Below, one piece after another: positions 37,931-50,214 of a stretch of DNA of 64,000 bases. Within the stretch, counting starts at the first letter, position 1, and every line of letters starts with the position of its first letter. This DNA is from Pocillopora damicornis. Its lineage: Eukaryota. The notes below the pieces were generated by a model that had not been told where the DNA came from, ran no database searches, and saw only the letters and a program-made list of their open reading frames with translations. The position numbers were made by a program, and so were the translations under genes. Where the stretch lies: positions 186,001 through 250,000 of the forward strand of contig NW_020847747.1 of the NCBI RefSeq assembly GCF_003704095.1. Reading direction: 5' to 3'.

Positions 37931-39250
37931 TTGTATATGAGCAGATAAAAATTGTCCAAATATTAGTAATCCAAGACGCGAAGAATTTAAGCTTGACATA
38001 ACTAAGACAATACACAGAAGTTGAAAGTCAGTTGAATATTAATTGTATTTATTTCCTATAAATTGCTTTTAAATATTTTTATTAAACTTTAACCAAATGT
38101 GCAATCTAAGTCTATTATATTAGTTACACTTAGCTACCTACCAGCGTCAGAGATGGCGGATGGTAAACCGAGGACTCAGGCCTGTTTGAAAATCCGAGAC
38201 TCTCTCGGTGCGCTCACTCCAACAGTTCTGTGCGGCGCGCTAACATTAATTTTTTTACACTGATTTTTTTTACTTGCGTAAAGGACTTCGCCCAAGAGGA
38301 GGGACGGAACGTAGTCAAACTGCTATTTTACTTAGAGGATTATTGACAGACTTTCGCTGCTCACAACGATAATTCCAAGCTACTTGAGCTCTTAACACCC
38401 TCGGCTCTGAGAAGAAATCCATGGCTGAGGATTTTAATAGAGGTGCGAGATTGCAAAACTCCTCACAAACGCTGATTAGATTTTGAGATCGGATGAAAGT
38501 TTTTCGAGATTGGACATTTTTTCAAGGAATCATTTTAGTGCCATCCCTAACATGGGACAAATCATCGGATACTGAGCTAGGCTCATCCGCAAGCAGAGAG
38601 CAGGACTTCTTCAAATTTGCAAAGTGTATGCACCACAAATGCTGGATTCACATCAAACTTTTGGATTTCATAAACGTTAATGTTAATGAATATAAATTTA
38701 TGAAAAAAAAAACATTTGGCGACGTCGTTCAGAACGAAGAAAAATGAAATTCACTCCATTTCGCCCTTAACTAACCAATGTATTTTAAAAAGAGAAATGT
38801 TAATGTTTTTTTTTTTTGGCGTTCCGAATGTCAAGATTATTTTCCAAAACTCCCAAGTTTCACACATCAACAACCTGGAAAATTCCAAGTTCAGAAAATT
38901 TTCAAAACGACTTCTTAAATGCGTCGTGCACGTACAATAACTATATACCTATCCCATTTGTCAGAGAGAGAGAATCAATTTGAAATTTATGGGACAATTC
39001 AAACGCGATTTAAATCTTTTTCCAAGAACGGTGCCTTGAATTTTCACAGCTATAAAATAACGAACGAGTGAATGACGGAGAATACCCGGCGAAGAAGATA
39101 TTCTTTTTGTTATTCTTTTCAGTTTACCTTTAATTTCGTACTTAAAAGTTATTTTTGAGTCATGTTGATTTGCTCTGTTCTTTCCGCATATGTGTAAGGA
39201 CATGAGAAGCTCAGCGAATTGAAAATTGCGTGTTTGTCAAAAGACACAGA

Positions 39251-42200
39251 TCAGGAACTTTTCTCCGTATTTGCTGAATAAATAATCCAGTAAGCTACTA
39301 TGAAAAGTCCGTACGCCAGAGGAAACAGAATACGTGACCAAGCGTCTATTCCATTGGCTGTGACTTTACATCGCCAGCGACACTTGTTCGAGCGAGAAGG
39401 TTCAAAGACATGCGACAGATCACGCGACGAATCTTTGCGATCACGTGGCGCGTGTTCACCAATGGTACCGTTACTGTGTAGTTCTTCCATCTTATGAACA
39501 TCAGCGTTGTCGTTCTCAATATCATTCACAGTACCGTTGTGGACGACGCCATTTTGCATATGATGTTCACCTTTTCCGTCGCCCTCGTAAGACAAATTGC
39601 GGAAGTTTAGCATAACAACTTCTGGGTTCTGTTGTGAAGGTAAAGTTCAATCACGTTTCGAAACGGAAAAATATATAAATATAAATTTAAAAATTTTTAG
39701 GGAGAAAGGGAGTGTGACCCTTCACAAACTTCACGAAAATCTTTTATCTGCAGGAAACGCGAACAACTGGCAGGAAATCATTTAACTGCTACCACGTGCA
39801 TCTAAACTTACAGCTGGGAAAACTGGTGTACTGCGCCCGGTGAAAAGAGCGGGAAATGATGAAACTTGTGGGAGAACAAGTATCACACCTTTGTGGGATG
39901 GAATCTCATGGCACCATGAGTACCACCCAGAGGATATATTCTTTTGGTAGCACTTTTATCCATCATGCCATAGTATTTCATGCTCGTGAATGGAAGATAA
40001 CGACTTACCACAGTATACTTATTTTTCGTGGCTCTTGATTCCTTTTGTTCCTTCTCACGCATGCTCGTATAATTAACAACCGCAAACTCCACCAGTGCAA
40101 CGAAGACAGCAGCAAATGATACAATCATAAACAGATCTACAGCTTTGATATACGGCACACTGGGCAGAGAAGACTGGACACCAAATAGCAGTGTTGTCAT
40201 GGCGAGCACAGTGGTAATGCCAAGCGCCGTTCTGGCAGGAATCGACTGGTTGTCAATCCAGAAGGAGATCTGATAATAATAATGATAACAATGGTAACAA
40301 TAATAATAATAATAATAGTAATAATAATAATGATATTATCATTTAGATTAGAATTACCCTTTTCCGATCATTTTGGCAGTGCGAACTGATAATTTCGAAA
40401 TTTCGGCATCATTTAGTGAAGGCTCTTTGGTGGTCATCTCGAATACCGTGTGAACTATAAGTTATCTATTCAGCACTCTTGCTCATCTTCATTAAGTTCC
40501 CAGGCTAAAATTCCTCCCGCTTCCCTTCCCATCCTAAGAAAAAAGGTACCAATACTGCCCTCTTGTCAACATCACCTCCCCCTCTTCCTGGGAGAGAAAA
40601 GAGGAGTCCTCTTTTCTCTCCCAGGACAAGTCAGAAGCCAGAAAAATATGGTCAGGCTGAGGATATTCAACTTTTAGAGCATTACTCACCCACGAAAGAA
40701 CCACGATCATCGCACTTGGCACGTAGATTTGAATCAAGTAATAAATAGATCTTCGTTGGAAATTCAATTCCATTTTTAGACCAGAAAACAGCCCTAAAAC
40801 GAACATAGTATTCTGAATGAAAACAAGCCTATAAGGAAGGCAGCTTTTCATTGGTTGGGGGTTGGGGGTGGTTTTTATGATCTTGTGTAGATCTTGTGTA
40901 TATTTTGTGTATTCTGTGCGCAAATATAAAGAGATTAACTGAAAATCGGTCACCTAACCTTTAAAAACATGTTCTTTTACGTACACAGTAGATTGATAAT
41001 GGAAGTTAGTGAGTAGAAATTGCTGGCCTTTATAACAATGTCTTACCTGTTTTATACATCGTTGTGGATTCGAATATTCTTATAGGACCAATATCAAACT
41101 CTGATGTTGTAAGCCCCGGATCTTTTTCCACTGCTTCGCTGCTGTCCGTCGAAACCCACTTATAAACCACATCTTTAGTGGTAAATCCAACTTTTGAGAA
41201 AAGAAATGAATAGAAATTGATAAGTATAGTGTAAGTATAGCGCTTTTCGATTGAGTGGGGTAATCAGCCAATTAGAAGAAAAGGAAGATGCCCTCAAGAG
41301 TCAATAAGAACTGGAAGTAAAAACAAGCAACTGCCTTAAGCGCGGGAAACGCAGGCGAACAAGTAATGAATGGTTTTAGTCTTGCATCTGATTGGTTGAA
41401 AGAGTGGCGTGAGTTTTCTGGACCAAACACGGAGTGACTTCCAACACCAATGCAATCCCAGATCACTCTCGACACTTCATTGACAAATGCCCCAATAAGG
41501 TTGGAAATGGGAATTGGTCTTAGCATATAAAGTTATGAATTGTAAACTTACAGCTCTCCAAAGTCAAGTTGCACTTCTGGACATCAAACGGGAAGTTTCT
41601 TAAATCCATGTAGCAGTCCATTGTCAGAGTATTTCTTATAAGAAAAAAAATGGAGCCCATTTATTCTTCAAATGTTCGAAGATCCCAAAAAGTATTCGGA
41701 TTATTAAAGATAATCTTCGACAGTACGTCGATGATTTCCGGAAACGATCGGCAGGGTCTACTGGAATCACCAGGTTTATAATAGTAATAAAAATGATGAT
41801 GATAAAAATAATAATGATGATAATTGTTTTTCATGAAGTAATTTCTTCCTTTTTTGTAAACTCAAGAAGGCTTAAAACGCGGTTTGGCAAGTCACGATTG
41901 AGTTAAGTTCTCAATCTAGTTGGGCACAGTTTTTATTAAGAAATCACAAAAATAAGTAAAACAAAACCAATTTGATCCCTGCTAAGTTTAGACGAAAGTC
42001 TTTTTCCACTTACTTGGTGATCACAAGTACGGATCCATCGGGAAAAATTCGCACAAAAAAATTGGCATCTGTACTTGCGCTGGCTCCCTTTTTGTTGACA
42101 AAATAGGTCTGTGGAAGCCAAAGTTGTTTCAGGATTGCTCCTCCCAAAGTAATTTTTTCTTCGTGGAAATGGTTCTTATAAGCTAACCGAGCATCCCGCC

Positions 42201-43304
42201 ATTGTTGTCTGAAGTAAAACGACAGTTGGAAATCCTGAAACATTAGGGAAAAAGATTTAGTCAAAGTAATGGTAATCGTTTCCTCTCTGTTTAAACTGTT
42301 AGTTGGGAGGGTGTGATAAATTTTAGACAGCTTTATTTTTTGTGAAAACTTCACTATATTTCTCCTCTTACCATATCGCGAACTTGGAAATTCCCAATGG
42401 ACAAAATGTACATGCTGACATGGACCTCTGTAGGATTCCCTCCTGAAACAAAAACCAGTCAACACAGTTTTTACTGACACGCAAAAAGTTGGTTAGCCCT
42501 CAAATGGCATGGTTATCTTGCTTATAAAATTGGCATAGTTTGCTGCCCTCTTGTCGCATTGCATGTTGATATCGTCACTCATAACTGAATTCATAACCGT
42601 GGTTTACATCTGGTACCCAGATCTCTGACTTAAAAAGGGACACGCGTGAGACCTAGGAACAAAATTATAGTCCGTGCATATTGTTGTGTATACATCAAAA
42701 AGAAGCAAGGAGTGGTTGATCCCAAGATTAGACCTGTGACATTTGCTCCAGTATCGCTACTTACTTCCTCCGTGTTCAACTCTAACTCGTGAATCGTAGC
42801 ACTGCAGCATTTGCTGAAGAAGTTCTCCGAGGTTAGTCGTCTGCCATGATTCATTTTTGAAGTATTGTGGATTCCCTTGATCAAGGCGGAAACAATATTC
42901 GGGTGTCCTGGAACGGTGACAAAAAGCAGAGAAAAATCACTGAAATGCATGCTAATCCTGTTGGTTAAGGTTTTCAAGATGTCGCAGTTCGGTTACTTAG
43001 GTCCCGGCGAGAAGATCTGGGTCGAGNNNNNNNNNNNNNNNNNNNNNNNNNNNNNNNNNNNNNNNNNNNNNNNNNNNNNNNNNNNNNNNNNNNNNNNNNN
43101 NNNNNNNNNNNNNNNNNNATAGACAATGGGGAATGGCGCTATCAATGGCAAGGAATATTTTTGACAATAATTGAAAATGATTCATTTACAAAAAAAAGTA
43201 CTTTACTTCGCTATTGTCTCGGCATTTACCATCCACAGGAAACGGAATGCCAAAAGGAAAATAGCACTGCTGGCTACTTCATTCGCACTCTTTATAACTG
43301 CCAT
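39251..43304 (-). CDS. Cys-loop ligand-gated ion channel subunit, GABA-A/glycine-receptor-like (predicted anion-selective)
   Basis: Probable signal-peptide exon 43207-43304, [gap 43027-43118], 42372-42442, 42014-42234, 41552-41634, 41047-41190, 40690-40793, 40009-40269, 39251-39628. Cys-loop CYMDLRNFPFDVQKC, YFRQQW, M1 QIYVPSAMIVVLSWISFW, M2 PARTALGITTVLAMTT, M3 YIKAVD..ALVEFAVVNY, M4 IDAWSRILFP. Confidence 0.93.
40272..40338. repeat. (TAA/ATT)n microsatellite abutting a splice acceptor
   Basis: gataataataatgataacaatggtaacaataataataataataatagtaataataataatgat. Confidence 0.85.
42611..43026. mobile_element. Short-TIR element in receptor intron
   Basis: tggtacccagatctc ... gaagatctgggtcgag form inverted termini. 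Confidence 0.45.
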
Positions 43305-46300
43305 GAACCTCAATAATCAGCTGAAATAATATAAGACTTAAAATTAAAACACAGAAAATAATTAGTGTAACAAGTTGTATAGGCTAGCATTGTTAGAAAA
43401 AACATCAGCGCCGAGTCTATAAATAAAGCATAAATGATTACTTTTTTGGAGACGACAACTGTTGTAATCCACAGTCCACTGAAAGTTAAGAATTAGGTGG
43501 TTCAGAAATTTATGAAGTTTTCAGAGACCCATGTACAGTGAAAATGAGCTAAACTGACTTCCGCAGGACTCTTGCTATAATTCGCATATTACAGGTTGCA
43601 CACTTAAATGACAGATTTATCAAACGGCGCAAAAGTACTGACTTTATACCCCGCAGTGAATGATTGACTGTATTTCAAATCTACCATTTCAGGAAAAAAA
43701 TTTAGCGGAGTGGTTTGTGTCATCTTGAAAAATGTAATCGGTTAAAATTTGAAACTCAAGTTCTGACGGTGTTTACTTCCGCTTAAAAGAGGTGTCTGTT
43801 GAATGTAGGCAACTTGATGAATTACTTCTACTCTTGAACTTCTGTGTTTGTGTTCTTTGTATAAATTACGATCTTAGATAAAAATCAATCCGTGGCGGGT
43901 TAGAAGATGTCCATGTCTACCATAATAACTTCAAAACTGAGCGGCGAAATCGAAGAGTTACTTCGCAGTCGAAATAACTTTTTTTTTTTTCATCCTTAGT
44001 TTTAATTTGCATTTTGTCGTTTTTTTCCTTTAATTTGTTCTGGTATTATTGTAAAGAAGTGTACTGTTAAAAAAACTGAAGCTTACCGTGAGCACTTTGC
44101 TAAACGACTACACAGTTTTATCCGAAGTTCCTTCATGCTGGCTGAGAAATTTTCTTGTACATCTAATTGCGTCATTCTTCTCTAAGACGGGCGAGCAGTA
44201 ACATGAAAAAAAAGTTCGTAAGAGAGAAAGTGCAAATGGTAACACTTACAGTGACATTTCACTCACATCACTGAATAATGCTCATCACTTAATTAGTCAT
44301 AATCTTAAGAAACTGTTTAGTAAATAATGAGAAGCTGAATTTCCTAATCTGACAGGTTTTGTGGCTAACAGACAAAGCTCCCTTGGATAGAATTTTCACC
44401 GCACAAATATTTAAATTCAATAACTTGTCACTCTTCGCCCTTTTGCTTTACTATTTAATGACCTTAGCTGATAAAAAGATTTTTCCTTAAAAAAAAACTC
44501 TATATAGGATAGATTTTATAATCTATCTCACCGTCTTAGTTTGCGCGGTATCCTGTTGCGTGCTAACATTATTGATTTTAAAAAACCTTGCGGTACCTGT
44601 AGCGGTGAACCCAAACATTTCAAATGTGCAACACGCATAAATTGAAATATATCTTGCTTTCGGCGGTCGGTTGCCCCTTAAATTTCACAGATGAACATAG
44701 GATTAAGGGGATTTTTAAAATTATGATTTAACGCGTAATTCAGTAACATTTATAGTACAAATGATATCGGCGTTAAGTTCCTCGTGCAGCTTAAACGTTT
44801 ATCGTGTCAGAAATGAATCACACTGCCTTTGAATAAAGATGAAATGAAATAAAAATCCAGTTAAGAAAATTTCACTTTAAATCCTTTGTCATCCTTTTTA
44901 TCCCCTTTTTTTATTCCTAGAGCCTATTTTTATCCCATTTTCGCTCGCCTGGAAGCATTTCTTCCTTCAGGCAAACATCTCTGCATCACGGTTACCATAG
45001 CGGAAAAAAAATGCAACTCAATTAGAATGTAAAAGGACGAGTGACATTAATCATTTAATTTCTATGTTCTGAAAAAATACGAGAAAAAAAATATTTATTT
45101 TGGAAAGAATGTTGGAAAGGTTTAAAATGTACGTTACTGTGAAACCAAAATTGTAAACAACGATTGTGACCAATGAAAATAAAGTGATGCAGACGTAGGA
45201 ATCAGCCAATCAGATTTCGAACGTAGGAAAGGGCGGGAAACATGCACTTGCTGAACGACGGGGGTTTTATCTAGCAGAGTCCTTATCAGGGAAAATCAAT
45301 TTGCTTGTGTCTTGAAAATTTTAGGAGCAAGAGGTACTGCTGTAGAGAAAACGCTTTGACATTTTGATGTACTTTTCGACAAAAAATCAAAAGCATCCTT
45401 CTTTTGGGTCAGTGGTTTTGAGAATAGCAACACGAACTAAATCATTAGGATTTTACTCAAATCACATTTACATTTATCTATAACGTTGTAGATATTAATA
45501 TTTAATGCGCTTTACGGCTATCAAAAAGGCATCGAAGTTACTGATAGACATCAGTAAAAAATATAAGGGCGTATTTTTTGTTGTTTCGCTGGAATTAACA
45601 CATAAAACTATAATAATACAACTCTATCTCCACTGTTAATGAAATCACAACAAATATCATTCGAGGAAGTGCGAAAAAACAGTTATATAACAGCCGCATA
45701 AATTGTATTTGCATATCATGTTTGAAGCGCATAAACTTTCCTAGATAATGTGGTTTTGATCACAGCCGTGAGCTATTTAGAGGAAAATTTCAGCGAAAAA
45801 AAAATTGGGATGACCTAGTAGAAAATGAGAATGATGCAAATGAACTTTATAACATAGGAAACAATTTTAGATTTTCGCACGAGTTTAACTACGCGTGAAT
45901 GTTCTCAGAACCTAAACTGAAAATGAAGATTGTATGTACAGGACCATATTTATATCGTATCAATTCAATAAAAGACGGTTTGAGCAAAAAGAGAGCTGTT
46001 CTTTTTCGCAAAACACGGAGTACTAGATTAAAAACCAAGCTAAAAGTTTACAGTTGTTTTCAGGGAAAGCGATCTGAATTCGAAACAGAATCAATTTCGC
46101 TGAGTCAAATGCGTAACGCCCAGATCATAAAATGGAATCACCTATGGAGGCATTAGCTGCAAAAGTTTGCCAAATATTTTTTAGGTACATTAGGTTAAAG
46201 AAAAACACTGATAATTTACCTGTTTAGAAGGAGCTTTTCAACGTTCTCACACTGCGACAACTGGATCAAACTCGAAACATTTGCAAAATTTCTTTTGTCC

Positions 46301-48187
46301 TGGAACTTATCAAGTTATATCTTATTCAAAGCTGGGAAAGGCGAATCTTTTCCTGGCAGTTTTTCAGTCGGTGGAAATTACAATCAATTCCAATTCCAAT
46401 ATCTGATAAAGAACTAAATGAAGCAGACTTTCTTAATTCAGGTCCACAAATTCATTTTTTCGCCTCGTTTGATGTTCGATTTCCATTGGAGCTATTTACG
46501 TTAGTATATATTCTGTTTCTCACATCAATCAGCAATGAAAATGCAAATGTTTTGCATTGGCATTGTCTCAGCAGAGAATACGTGCTGTTAGGAAAAACAG
46601 CTATTGGGCTCTGGCCAAGCTAAGGCGACGCTATTAATCACGAGAATTGAGAAGTAATAGGAAATATTAATGACCATATTCTGGGATCACCAGTATTCTG
46701 GGATCACCAGTATTCCTAGAAACTTTTGTAGACGTATAAAATACAAGCAATTTAAATCGCCAATTTCATGAATACGCTAGCATCATGCTTCATTGTTTGA
46801 CTTAATGCGAAATTTATGGTTTTGGCCAGCTCTATAATTTCAAATTGGTCCTGCATCTCTCCTTTGAAATATTCTTTCGTTGAATTATTAATCTGAGTAA
46901 ATGTAAAGGTCGTGACGTCATCATAATATCAAATGTCCGGGTTACATTTAGTGTAATATTCAATCATGACGTCACGTTGGCTATTAAGGTAGGTTACATA
47001 AGAGAATTCCTTCTCCACTGCTCCCCCCACCCCCTCCCTGTCACCACAATTAGCGCTTAGCGACTTGAATGCACTAAAAATTTATCTTGAAATGTAAATG
47101 ACTTTGACGAATTCAAATGTTCAGTCAATTTGACAACAACTATTGGTTTTCGTTTCGGTACAAACATTGTATTTCGAGCGATTTAACCAGAGTATTTGAT
47201 AAAATATTTTTTAGACCATAAAAAGGATTCACAGACTGTTTCATATCTAAATAATTGAACTAACAACACTTAAGCCTTATGATTTTTTAGTTTTTGTAGT
47301 TTCTTGTTAATTGGGCTAAAGGGCGGTGAGTTATATTTAGAGCATTAATGTAAACATCAAAATATTTTAAATATTAAAAATTGCTTTTAGGAAATGAAAC
47401 CAAGAATTATTCTTTTATAACTGCCGCTAAAAAATATTTGCTTATTATAATACGAATATCGTAAGAGCCTGTTCTTGGGTTAGTTCCAAATGAAAATTTG
47501 AGTTAATTGCAAAGCGAATAATGATCGAGATAAAAATTATGCATGAATCATAAGACAATTTGACAGAATCGCATTTCTACCATTAAAACAATCTTCAATT
47601 TGCTACTGACGATTAACTAAAACAAACATGTGTCTTTCTTGAAGCAGTAATATTTGCTTCTTAAAAGATTAACGTTTACAAAGAAACTAAATCCGTCTCT
47701 TTTTTAACATCTTGAATTTTTATGAGTTTATAAATTTTAAATTCGATCGTTGTGAAATTCATGTTTCTCAAATGATAAAATGAAAAGTCTGTGTTAATTT
47801 TATGTGAATCCTGAGAGAATTTGTCTACCTGTGCGTGCAATCTAACATTTAAAAAGTGCCTTCATTATCAAGCTCGGGAATTATTTGAAATGACAATTGA
47901 AATCCTCTTAACGAAATTTCCATAAACCAATAACCCTCTACCATTCTGACATTTCATATATTTTTGTGTGCATTTATTTGTTAGTTCACAGGCTTGCTAA
48001 ATGTGAACAACATTTTTTGTTTTATATTACGATGAAATGCAGTATACATTGCTAGTTGTTGGGTCCTTTTCGAGTCAAGAACATCTTCACAAATGTGCTG
48101 ACATGATAACTTGAAGTTAAAAAAAAGCCTTGATTATACACAGAGCAATTGTCAGAGACTTTTGAACAAAATTGAATTCCAGTAGCA

Positions 48188-49126
48188 ATGTTCAACTCAA
48201 GTTGCGCAATACGCGAACTGGAAGGAATTTTTACGTTCAGTGTAAATGTTCTCTCCGCCTTGTTTGGAGGTCTTGGCAACATCTTGGTATGTGTTACAGT
48301 GTATTTTAGCCCTCGACTCCACAAAACATGGTGCTATTTTATTTGCAGCCTCTCTGTTGCTGATCTTCTCGTTAATCTTGTAGTCCAACCCATGGAAGCC
48401 ATTCTAACGCTGAGCCGTATGACAGGAGTCTGTCAAGCAATCATTCGAGACGCGTTTCGTTTAGCAGCATATATAACGTGCGGCGCTTCCCTTATGAACC
48501 TCGCTTTCATGAGTGTTGAACGCTTGTTAGCCATCTCCTGGCCGTTGAGCGAAAGACAGAAGTTAACAAGGAAAAAGATGTTTGCCATTCTATCTGTAAT
48601 ATGGGGAATTCCTTGCGTCTTAGGAATCACTGGTCACGTTGCAGGAAGGAGCACTAGGCTGTCCTCGATATTAATCCTTATAGGACTGGCAGGTTGTTAC
48701 GGGGTTATATTGACCAGTTATGGAATACTTCTGCTGCGAGCAAGGGCTCATTTCAAAGTGTCTAATCGCGTGTCATCAATTATACGGCCGCACGAAAACG
48801 AAAACAAACGGCGTGCGACTCCGACTCCCCTCAGTAAAGATCGTGTTTTCATGAAGAGAAACGCAATGGTGAAAAAACGGCAGGAATCCGAAAAACGTGC
48901 GGCCAGGACAGTCGGTGTTGTGATTGGTGTATTCACTCTCAGCTGGGTTCCATACGGGTATGTTCTCGTGAGTGACCCTGAACAGAAAGTGAATTCTTTC
49001 TATATATGGGCAGTCACGCTTGGAATGACAAACTCCGCAGTAAACCCTGTGATTTATTTCTTTAGTAGCAAAGACTTCAGGGAGAACTCTAAACGGACCT
49101 TACGATCTCTCTTGAAAATGTCATGA
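48188..49126 (+). CDS. Intronless class A (rhodopsin-like) GPCR, amine/adenosine-receptor-like orphan, 312 aa
   Basis: GN in TM1, LSVADL in TM2, SVERLLAI (DRY variant), W in TM4, FTLSWVPY in TM6, NSAVNPVIY in TM7, helix 8 DFR. Confidence 0.92.
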   Translation: MFNSSCAIRELEGIFTFSVNVLSALFGGLGNILVCVTVYFSPRLHKTWCYFICSLSVADLLVNLVVQPMEAILTLSRMTGVCQAIIRDAFRLAAYITCGASLMNLAFMSVERLLAISWPLSERQKLTRKKMFAILSVIWGIPCVLGITGHVAGRSTRLSSILILIGLAGCYGVILTSYGILLLRARAHFKVSNRVSSIIRPHENENKRRATPTPLSKDRVFMKRNAMVKKRQESEKRAARTVGVVIGVFTLSWVPYGYVLVSDPEQKVNSFYIWAVTLGMTNSAVNPVIYFFSSKDFRENSKRTLRSLLKMS

Positions 49127-50214
49127 TTACATGGAGTCACAAAGACCATACTGGTTTCCAGAACACTTGGCATGGTAGCCATGTTGATGTTTAAGTCACT
49201 ACCGTGAAACTGGAACTGATTCCTTGTGTTGGAACTAATTCCTTATGTAAACTCTTGTTGCAATTAATTTACGTAGTTGCTCACCTCGCGGTTGGAAACG
49301 TCATACACATGATGACTTATAAATTATATCCTGATTAGTACACGGACTACAAAGCTTTATATGAAACTAGTACCTATTGGAGAGGCTGTGAGTTTTTAAA
49401 TTTATTTTTAAGTTTTAAGTCCGATTACTCTCGCACGCGCAGTACATTTGAAGGACACTATGAAGTGGCGTTCATCGTTCTTTGGCTTAGGTAACTGAAG
49501 AGCTATTGATGCAAATCTAGGCTCGTAATTCAATCAATCAGGACTTACTCTGTGCTACGTAAATGCCTAAAATTCAACTAGAAAGTATTGCAAGAAGGTT
49601 CCAAAGACCCAGTTACGCCTCCCACCTCAATCTGTTCACTGTCATGCAAGACNNNNNNNNNNNNNNNNNNNNNNNNNNNNNNNNNNNNNNNNNNNNNNNN
49701 NNNNNNNNNNNNNNNNNNNNNNNNNNNNNNNNNNNNNNNNNNNNNNNNNNNNTTTAAAGAAACTGCGGTACTACGAAAGGCTCACGCCTGCAACATCAGC
49801 GTTGGAAACTCCTTACGGTGGCAAATTTACATTATTAACTCAGCTAATGAAATCAAATTATCTATTGTACTGTTTTGTTTCTGTCGTTCCCGAAGGGAAC
49901 GGGAGAGGAGGGTAACGGACGGGGAAGGGGAATTTGTATGTCACGCAATACCGTTTCTAGCGTTACTTACCCGCCTGTTAGTCAGTTATCTTTTACCCCT
50001 TACTGTTAGGCACGTGACTTGCTAGGGCCCTGTTAGTTTGACTTTGCTTTCTGATCGACGTATTTTCGGTGAATGTTTTGTTGAGGCTTGTAAATCAATT
50101 TGTGGATACCTATGCTTTGTATTGCGTCAGCTTGTCGGAGTATATGGTCTATATTATGCACCAGAAGTGATTTCAAGGTGGAAAAGATAGTTTGTTTTGA
50201 AAACTTACACAGAA

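Noticed and set aside
39812-39864. Cassette exon in the M3-M4 loop of the Cys-loop receptor
   Set aside because: A good donor exists, but the 53-nt candidate shifts the frame, and direct 40009>39628 splicing is already in phase.
42630-42977. 115-aa ORF, and a plus-strand DPKIRP peptide resembling the Cys-loop YD..IRP motif
   Set aside because: DPKIRP is on the wrong strand with no splice support, and the region lies inside a TIR-bounded element; the real exon is probably in the gap 43027-43118.
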